Program-made: the position numbers and the translations under genes
Shown here: piece after piece, positions 14,382-24,000 of the stretch
Layout of the letters: every line of letters begins with the position of its first letter
Numbering within the stretch: position 1 is the stretch's first letter
Notes under the pieces: model-generated
Databases searched by the model: none
Seen by the model: the letters and a program-made list of their open reading frames with translations, nothing else
Told to the model about the DNA's origin: nothing
Assembly (NCBI RefSeq): GCF_034039665.1
Contig: NZ_CP120131.1
Span: 2,014,499-2,038,498 of the forward strand
DNA from: Mammaliicoccus sp. Dog046
Lineage (GTDB): Bacteria; Bacillota; Bacilli; Staphylococcales; Staphylococcaceae
Direction of reading: 5' to 3'
DNA length: 24,000 nt

Positions 14382-14849
14382 TTAATATCGTTGCTTCATT
14401 GCTCTTTCAACATCACGTTTTGCTTCTTTTTCTTTCAAAGCATGACGTTTATCATAATCACGTTTACCTTTAGCAACGCCTATCAATACTTTACAGAAAC
14501 CACGTTTAATGTAGAGTTTTAAAGGTATTAACGCATACCCTTTTTCTCTCGTAATCCCAAAGAGTTTATCTATTTCTTTTTTCTTTAAAAGTAATTTACG
14601 ATTTCTCAATGGATCATGATTAAATCGATTTCCTTCTTCGTATGGGGCAATATGCATATTGTAAACATACATTTCTCCGTTGTATACGCGTGCATAGGAA
14701 TCTTTCAAGTTTGCACTACCTCGGCGAATGGATTTGATTTCAGTACCTTGAAGAACAATTCCCGCTTCTATCGTATCTTCTATTGTATAATCGTGGCTCG
14801 CTTTACGATTTTGCGCAAGTGGTTTGTTTTGAACTTTTGGCACATCCAT
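14382..14849 (-). CDS. smpB: SsrA-binding protein SmpB
   Basis: Near-collinear with S. aureus SmpB: [39 protein letters not shown] at 14849 is preferred over the track's GTG at 14852. Confidence 0.95.
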   Translation of the reverse strand: MDVPKVQNKPLAQNRKASHDYTIEDTIEAGIVLQGTEIKSIRRGSANLKDSYARVYNGEMYVYNMHIAPYEEGNRFNHDPLRNRKLLLKKKEIDKLFGITREKGYALIPLKLYIKRGFCKVLIGVAKGKRDYDKRHALKEKEAKRDVERAMKQRY

Positions 14850-14859
14850 CACCTACTTT

Positions 14860-17211
14860 CTATTTTTTCTTTCTTCTCGCTTTATTCTTCACAGATTTAG
14901 CTTTGTAATAAGGTTTCTTGTCTTTATTGTTACCCTTACCGCCTCTATTACCTTGTTGTTTGCCTTTAGCTCTGCCTTTTTTATGCTTGTTTGGCTTTTC
15001 ATCATCTTTCGCTGGTCCGCGCTTCTTAGCTTTGATTGTCTTCTCACGTGCTAAACGCTCTCTATTCTTCTCAGCAATTGGCATACCTACAATTTGGAAA
15101 TCAATCATTCTTTCATCAACATTTACATTGATTACTTTGACTTCTACTTTATCACCAATTCTAAATACTTTAGCTTGGCGTTCACCTATAATTGCCATAT
15201 TGCGTTCATCAAAGTTATAGTAATCATCTGTTAAGTTAGAAATGTGTACCATACCTTCAATTGTATTCTCTAACTCAACGAACATACCAAAGTTCGCTAC
15301 TGAGCTAATAATACCCGTAAATACTTCTCCAACGTGTTGAATCATATACTCTGATTTCTTCAAGTCATCTGTATCTCGTTCAGCATCAATCGCTCTTCTT
15401 TCACGTTTAGATGTATGATCTGCAATATCAGGTAACATTTCTTCCCAATGACGAATTTGTTTACTGTTCATGGATTTCTCGATTAAATATTTACGAATTA
15501 ATCTATGAACAATTAAGTCTGGATATCTTCGAATTGGTGATGTGAAATGTGTATAATAATCTGCTGACAATCCAAAATGTCCTAAATTATCTTCGCTATA
15601 TCTTGCTTGTTGCATACTTCTCAACATTAAAGTAGATATAACCATTTCTTCTTTTTGTCCAGCAACTTCTTCTACAATTTTTTGTAGTGTTGATGGATGA
15701 ATATCTTCACTTGAGCCTTTAACAGCAAGACCAAAGTTCGCAATAAATTCAAAGAATTGATTTAAGCGTTCTGCTTTAGGATTTTCATGGACACGATAGA
15801 TGAATGGTAATTCAAGTTTACTAAAGTGTTCAGCAATTGTTTCATTTGCTGATAACATAAAGCTTTCTATAAGTCGCTCTGCGTTATTTCTTTCTCTCAC
15901 TTTAATATCTGTTGGAATACCGTCTCCATCAACTAATACTTGTGCTTCTTTAATATCAAAATCAATCTCACCACGACGTTTACGTTTAGCGATTAATTGT
16001 TTAGATAATTGTTGTGCTAAATCAAGCATTGGTGTTATTTCTGCATATTGCTCTCTAATCACTTGATTATCATTTTCGATAATATCGTTAACATCAGAAT
16101 ATGTCATTCTATAATCTGAATGGATAACACTTTCAAAGATTTCGTGATTCACGACTTCACCTTGTTGATTGATTTGCATTCTACAGCTTAACGTTAAGCG
16201 ATCAACATTAGGGTTTAACGAACAAATTCCGTTACTTAGTCGATGTGGAATCATCGGTATAACTCTATCAACAAGATACACACTTGTCGCTCTATCATAC
16301 GCTTCTTTGTCTAAGTCACTGTTTTCAGTAACATAATAGCTGACATCAGCAATACTTACTGTCAATTCTGTTAGACCGTTATCAAGTGATTTCACAGATA
16401 CAGCATCATCTAAATCTTTAGCATCTGCACCATCAATTGTAATCGTCAATTCATCTCTTAAATCTCTACGGCCTTTTAATTCGTCAGATTGAATTTCATC
16501 CGGTACATTCTCAGCCGCTTCAATTACATTATCCGGGAACTCAATATTAATGCCATGTTGATAAATGATAGAAAGTATATCTACACCTGGATCATTTTTA
16601 TGTCCTAATATAGCTTTAACATGCCCTTCAGGGTTATGTGTACCATCTGCGTATTCTGTTATCTCAACTAATACTTTATGGCCTTCAATCGCACCTAAGT
16701 GCTTGCCTTTAGGTATAAATATATCTTGTGTAATACGTTTATCATCAGGTAGTACGAATCCAAAGTGTTTCGCTTCTGTATAAGTTCCTACAACTTGCGT
16801 AATGTTACGTGTTGTAATTGCTTTAACTCTACCTTCAATCTTACCTTTATGGTCACCACGTGATGGCACGACTTCAACGAGTACTACATCTCCATCCATT
16901 GCTTTGTTAATTTGATTAGGTGGAATGAAAATATCTTCGATTGTATCATCTTCAGGTCTTAAAAATGCAAACCCCTTTTTGTGTTGACTTAAAGTCCCTT
17001 TAACTAGATCTGATTTGTCTCTTGTCTTTTTATATCTATCTGTCTTCGTTCTCTCTAGTTGACCCGTTTGTTCTAAATCAACGAGTACTTTAATTAACTC
17101 TTTAAATGAATCAGCATTACTCAATCCCAAAACATCTTGAAATTCACTTACTGTCATAGGACGGTAATCTTGTTCACTAATAATTTGTTCAACTTCTTCT
17201 CTTAGATTCAT
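14860..17211 (-). CDS. rnr: ribonuclease R
   Basis: 783 aa. RNB catalytic domain (DAKDLDDA), C-terminal S1 domain, lysine-rich tail. Conserved position upstream of smpB. Confidence 0.95.
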   Translation of the reverse strand: MNLREEVEQIISEQDYRPMTVSEFQDVLGLSNADSFKELIKVLVDLEQTGQLERTKTDRYKKTRDKSDLVKGTLSQHKKGFAFLRPEDDTIEDIFIPPNQINKAMDGDVVLVEVVPSRGDHKGKIEGRVKAITTRNITQVVGTYTEAKHFGFVLPDDKRITQDIFIPKGKHLGAIEGHKVLVEITEYADGTHNPEGHVKAILGHKNDPGVDILSIIYQHGINIEFPDNVIEAAENVPDEIQSDELKGRRDLRDELTITIDGADAKDLDDAVSVKSLDNGLTELTVSIADVSYYVTENSDLDKEAYDRATSVYLVDRVIPMIPHRLSNGICSLNPNVDRLTLSCRMQINQQGEVVNHEIFESVIHSDYRMTYSDVNDIIENDNQVIREQYAEITPMLDLAQQLSKQLIAKRKRRGEIDFDIKEAQVLVDGDGIPTDIKVRERNNAERLIESFMLSANETIAEHFSKLELPFIYRVHENPKAERLNQFFEFIANFGLAVKGSSEDIHPSTLQKIVEEVAGQKEEMVISTLMLRSMQQARYSEDNLGHFGLSADYYTHFTSPIRRYPDLIVHRLIRKYLIEKSMNSKQIRHWEEMLPDIADHTSKRERRAIDAERDTDDLKKSEYMIQHVGEVFTGIISSVANFGMFVELENTIEGMVHISNLTDDYYNFDERNMAIIGERQAKVFRIGDKVEVKVINVNVDERMIDFQIVGMPIAEKNRERLAREKTIKAKKRGPAKDDEKPNKHKKGRAKGKQQGNRGGKGNNKDKKPYYKAKSVKNKARRKKK

Positions 17212-17244
17212 AGCGGGCCTCCTTTCTCGTTTATAATTTATGTC

Positions 17245-17985
17245 TTATTCGGACCAATCTAATGATTCTAAGAATTGATAAACATCTTCAAACACTTGTT
17301 CTTTTTCTTGTCCGATTGTTATAACATGACCAGATTCTTCGTACCATTTCATATTTTTATCATCAGATGATGACTCGTTATAAATAATGTTGGCAGAATC
17401 AGGATTTATCATTTTATCGTTTCTTCCTTGAACTACAAATAATGGATCAAACACTTCATCAATTTGATCTCTGACTTCTTGAATCGTTTCTTGTAGTTCA
17501 GTCAGTGTATCTGTTGGATGAAAGTTTTTCATTTCATCTTCAATTTGTTCAGGTGATTTGCCTTCATACTTCTTGAATTCTCTTGCGTAATCTAGCACAC
17601 CTTCAAACATAGTGCCTTCTGTTTTTATATACATAGGGGAACACATTGTTACAATACCTTTTACATCTCTTTTTAAACTTAGTTTTAAACTAAACACACC
17701 GCCTAAAGAAAGACCAGCTACTGCAATTTCAGTATACCCTTTTTCTTCTAAGAAATCATATGCATCTAAGCAATCTTTGAACCATACGAACGGGCTTGAT
17801 TCTAAAATTTCCTCTGGAGGTCTACCATGACCTTCGTAGTGTGGCGCATATGATGTGTATCCTTTTTTCTGTAAGAAACGTCCTAGTTGTCTAACATCCG
17901 ATGAATTACCTGTAAATCCATGTAAAAGTAGAACAGCTCTTTTTCCTTCTTCAAAGAAGAAAGGTTTAGGTAATTGAATTCTCAT
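17245..17985 (-). CDS. est: carboxylesterase (alpha/beta hydrolase, Est type)
   Basis: LLLHGFTG and the nucleophile elbow GLSLGG. Conserved secG-est-rnr arrangement. Confidence 0.85.
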   Translation of the reverse strand: MRIQLPKPFFFEEGKRAVLLLHGFTGNSSDVRQLGRFLQKKGYTSYAPHYEGHGRPPEEILESSPFVWFKDCLDAYDFLEEKGYTEIAVAGLSLGGVFSLKLSLKRDVKGIVTMCSPMYIKTEGTMFEGVLDYAREFKKYEGKSPEQIEDEMKNFHPTDTLTELQETIQEVRDQIDEVFDPLFVVQGRNDKMINPDSANIIYNESSSDDKNMKWYEESGHVITIGQEKEQVFEDVYQFLESLDWSE

Positions 17986-18053
17986 GATCGACCTTCCTTT
18001 AACTTAATCTAATACTATTGTATCGCTTTTTTACGCTTAAATAAAATAAAAGA

Positions 18054-18107
18054 GTGAGACCGAAATCTAATATGAGAAGTTAGATTTCATCGTCTCACCC
18101 CGCAAGG
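18054..18107 (-). terminator. secG terminator; copy 2 of the GAAATCT/AGATTTC structured repeat
   Basis: GTGAGACCGAAATCTAA/TTAGATTTCATCGTCTCAC hairpin with a T-rich tail on the minus strand and a CCCCGCAAGG tail shared with 2821-2880. Confidence 0.65.
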
Positions 18108-18121
18108 TTATCACTATACAT

Positions 18122-18355
18122 CTACATTTTAAAGTATGTGATCGCTAGCATTAATAAGAAAAATAAAATTGATAATATAATCGTAGCTCTGTGTAACACT
18201 AAATCTATACCACGTTGCTTTTGTTTTCCAAATAGTTGTTCTGCTCCGCCACTAATTGCACCGGATAATCCCGTACTCTTACCTTCTTGTAGTAACACGA
18301 CGGTAATCAATGCAATACAAACGATGATTAATAAGACGATTAAAAATGTATGCAT
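18122..18355 (-). CDS. secG: preprotein translocase subunit SecG
   Basis: 77 aa, two TM helices, LLQ.GK..GL....GG motif. GGAGG RBS. Confidence 0.9.
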   Translation of the reverse strand: MHTFLIVLLIIVCIALITVVLLQEGKSTGLSGAISGGAEQLFGKQKQRGIDLVLHRATIILSILFFLLMLAITYFKM

Positions 18356-18424
18356 GGACTCGGTCCTCCTGTCTTTTATAACAGTAAAATTATAGCATAT
18401 TTACAATATTCACTCAAGTTTTCA

Positions 18425-19768
18425 TTATTTATAGTCAATTGATATGCCAAGGTTTTGTAACATTTCAAAATATGTTGGACATGTTTTAGAGACACATGAT
18501 GGATCCAACAAAGTTAATCCGTCTACTTTTGTACCGATAAGACTTAATGACATCGCTACTCGATGATCGTCATATGTGTCTAACGTCGCTGCTTTTATTT
18601 CTCCAGGCGTGATTGTCCATCCGTCTTGATGTTCTTCTACTTGAATACCAAGTTGTGTCAAACTTTCTGTTAGAGCAGATACGCGATTACATTCATGATG
18701 ACGAATATGTTCGACACCAGTTATAGTAATCGGTCCATCTGCGAATGTTGCTAAAGTCCCTATCGTTAAAGCTTGGTCAGAACATGCATTCATATCAATC
18801 GTCAAGTTGCCTTGTAATTGTTCTGGTCCAGAAATCACAACATAGTCTTCGCCCTTTTCAACAGTTGCCCCCATACGTTCAAGTATATCTACAACTTCCA
18901 GATCAGGCTGATGACTGTTTAAATTCAAATGATTAATTTTAATTGTAGATTGATTTAAAGCTGCTAAAGCCATAAAATAACACGCCGTAGATAAATCAGC
19001 TTCTAATGGTAACGTCGCTCCTTGATATTGTCCTTGTTCTACAGTCATATGCTTATAGTCTTCAGATACGTTCACTTGAATGCCGAATTGTTCCATCATT
19101 TCAATTGTGATATCGACATAGGCACTTTGAACAATATTTGTCGTTAACTCAATTTCTGTTGGATGGTTAAATAGAGGTGCTGCCATTAATAGTCCACTAA
19201 TAAATTGACTGGACTGATTACCTGCAATTGACACTTTACCACCTGTTTCAGAAGTCCCTTTAATCGTAACTGGTAACTGTCCTTCTTCCTCAACATACTT
19301 TACTTGTACACCTAATTGTTTAAGTGCTTCATGTAAAGTTTGATGTGGTCTTACTGCAAGTTGTTCAGTAGACGTAATTGTAATTTCACTTTGTTCTTGT
19401 GTGCCTAAAATTCCAGGTAAAAATCTTGCCGTTGTTCCAGCTGAACCTATAAACACTTGTTGTTTATCAGCCAATTGATTTCGATCAATACCTGTGACCA
19501 AAATATCATCACCAATAAATTCAAAAGTGGCACCTAAATTTTTCAATGTTTCCATACACCAATATGTATCATCACTTTTTAAATAACCAGAAAGTTTTGA
19601 AGTCCCTTCACTAAATCCAGCTAATATAAATGCTCTATTAGTCACACTTTTGCTTCCAGGTATCACTACTTCTTTATTAAATGATTGATTGATTGGATGC
19701 AGTGTTAATTGTTCAACACCTTCCAATCCTGACCATGGAGATTGCGCACTTTTTAAATTAATCGTCAT
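18425..19768 (-). CDS. 3-phosphoshikimate 1-carboxyvinyltransferase (EPSP synthase) family protein, divergent paralogue
   Basis: IPGSKSVTNRAFILA, GSAGTTARFL and DDHRVAMSLSLIG are collinear with AroA. The E. coli RVKETDRL motif reads IRHHECNRV here. GGAGG RBS. Confidence 0.85.
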   Translation of the reverse strand: MTINLKSAQSPWSGLEGVEQLTLHPINQSFNKEVVIPGSKSVTNRAFILAGFSEGTSKLSGYLKSDDTYWCMETLKNLGATFEFIGDDILVTGIDRNQLADKQQVFIGSAGTTARFLPGILGTQEQSEITITSTEQLAVRPHQTLHEALKQLGVQVKYVEEEGQLPVTIKGTSETGGKVSIAGNQSSQFISGLLMAAPLFNHPTEIELTTNIVQSAYVDITIEMMEQFGIQVNVSEDYKHMTVEQGQYQGATLPLEADLSTACYFMALAALNQSTIKINHLNLNSHQPDLEVVDILERMGATVEKGEDYVVISGPEQLQGNLTIDMNACSDQALTIGTLATFADGPITITGVEHIRHHECNRVSALTESLTQLGIQVEEHQDGWTITPGEIKAATLDTYDDHRVAMSLSLIGTKVDGLTLLDPSCVSKTCPTYFEMLQNLGISIDYK

Positions 19769-19799
19769 TGATGATCCTCCTAAAAGTTTAATTCCCTAC

Positions 19800-19828
19800 A
19801 TTATAGCTCATTTTAGTGTGGAAATAAA
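19800..19828 (-). promoter_or_regulatory. candidate promoter of the EPSP-synthase paralogue
   Basis: Minus strand TTTATT-17 nt-TATAAT (perfect -10), located between the eno terminator and the gene. Confidence 0.3.
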
Positions 19829-19865
19829 CGATAAATCATAACAGTTTAAAGCATTAAAGTAAAAA

Positions 19866-19906
19866 GCAAAAAAAAGAACCAAAGGATCGCGTGTTCCTTT
19901 GGTTCT
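19866..19906 (-). terminator. rho-independent terminator of eno
   Basis: AGAACCAAAGGA/TCCTTTGGTTCT 12-bp stem with T8 or longer on the minus strand. Confidence 0.8.
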
Positions 19907-19920
19907 TTTATTATGCGCAA

Positions 19921-21246
<1,326 letters not shown>

Positions 21247-21257
21247 TTAATTGATTG

Positions 21258-22789
21258 TTATTTGATTAATGATTTACCAGTCATATCTTCTGGTTGTTCT
21301 ACTCCAAGTAAGTCAATCAGTGTTGGCGCTAAGTCTGCTAAGCGTCCGCCACTTCTTACTTCTACCCCTTCTTTTGTTACGATAACAGGAACTGGGTTTG
21401 TTGTATGAGTTGTCATAGGTGATTCACTATCTGTTAATACTTCATCTGAATTACCATGATCGGCTGTAATAATAGCAGTACCATTCATAGATAAGATTTT
21501 ATCAACAACTTCACCTAAACATTCATCGACTGCTTCAATTGCTTTGATTGTTGGTTCAAGCATACCACTGTGACCAACCATATCTGGATTAGCAAAGTTC
21601 AAGATAATTAAATCTAAATCACCTTTATCTAATTCACCAATTAATGCATCTTTCACTTCATAAGCGCTCATTTCAGGTTTTAAGTCATATGTTGCAACTT
21701 TAGGTGAATCGATTAGTACACGACGTTCACCTTCAAACTCTGCATGAGAACCACCACTCATGAAATAAGTTACGTGTGGGAATTTTTCTGTTTCTGCAAT
21801 TCTTAATTGTTTTAAATTATTTTTTTGAGCTACTTCACCGATTGTATTTTTAATATCAACTGGTTTGAACGCTACTTTAGCAAACACATCGTCACTGTAG
21901 TTCGTAAATGTAACAAAGTATAAATCATCAAGTTTACGTTTAAGTTCGAAACCTTCAAATTTTTCATTTGTATATACTTGGCTCAATTGAGCAGCTCTAT
22001 CAGGACGGAAGTTAAAGAATATCATTGCATCATGACTGTTTACACCTGTATTCTCAACGCCTTCTTCTTCATCTTTAACGATAAATGGAACGACGAACTC
22101 ATCCGTTAATCCTTCTTTATAATTTGATTCTACACCTTCAATTGCTGTTTTGAATACTGGACCTACACCGTTTGACATTGCGTCGTAAGCTTTTTCTTCA
22201 CGATCCCAACGGTTGTCTCTGTCCATTGCATAATAGCGTCCTGAAATTGAAGCAAACTGTCCTAAACCTAATTCTTTAAATTTATTTTCAGTTTCTTCAA
22301 TATATTTAAGTGCTGATTTTTGATCAACGTCACGTCCATCAAGGAAACCGTGAACATAGACTTTCTCTACACCTTGCTTCTTAGCTAATTCTAATAAAGC
22401 AAATAAATGTTTGTAATGACTGTGTACGCCGCCATCAGATAAAAGTCCCATTAAATGTAATGTAGAATTATTTTTTGCAACATGATTCATAGCTTCTTTT
22501 AATTCTTCAATTTCAAAGAAATCGCCATCTTCAATTGACTTATTAATTCTTGTTAAACTTTGGTATACGACTCTACCAGCACCAATATTTAAATGACCTA
22601 CTTCTGAATTACCCATTTGTCCTTCAGGTAATCCAACATCTAAACCACACGCTGATAATTCATTATGTGGAAATTGATTGTAGTAACGGTCGAAATTGGG
22701 CTTGTTGGCTTGTTTCACCGCATTACCATGTTCTTCTTCACGATTAGCAAATCCGTCAAGAATAATAAGTGCTGTTGGTTGTTTAGGCA

Positions 22790-22790
<1 letters not shown>
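21258..22790 (-). CDS. gpmI: 2,3-bisphosphoglycerate-independent phosphoglycerate mutase
   Basis: 510 aa. iPGM motifs LIILDG, SEVGH.N.GAGR and ITADHGN. The start overlaps the tpiA stop (TAATG). Confidence 0.97.

Positions 22791-24000
<1,210 letters not shown>

Overview
This is a low-GC Firmicute chromosome segment, almost certainly Staphylococcus. The enolase, RNase R, SmpB, SecG and tmRNA (tag GKQDNLAVAA) all look staphylococcal. The right part (14.3-24 kb, all minus strand) is the conserved backbone pgk-tpiA-gpmI-eno, then secG-est-rnr-smpB-ssrA. It contains one extra gene, a divergent EPSP-synthase paralogue with its own promoter, between the eno terminator and secG. A 5'-truncated tyrosine-integrase fragment ends 52 nt beyond the tmRNA 3' end. 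From there to the left edge the window is an accessory mosaic. It holds a coupled 94-aa/72-aa gene pair (with a diverged 94-aa paralogue at 144-428), a GNAT, and a very AT-rich orphan 252-aa Cys/His-motif protein. It also holds yjdF with a long structured leader, a lipoprotein, a MazF-like two-gene toxin-antitoxin (TA) module, and an operon of a cysteine-free isochorismatase-family protein plus an MFS transporter. Further left are a DUF3800 protein, two more acetyltransferases, a YagU-like membrane protein and an LPXTG adhesin. There is no CRISPR array, intact mobile element or rRNA/tRNA gene. The best candidates for something undescribed are the integrase-proximal cargo (252-aa protein, GNAT, 94/72-aa pair), a 73-nt ~60% G+C structured element at 13514-13586, and the DUF3800 gene. 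All functional ideas for these are inference from sequence inspection only.
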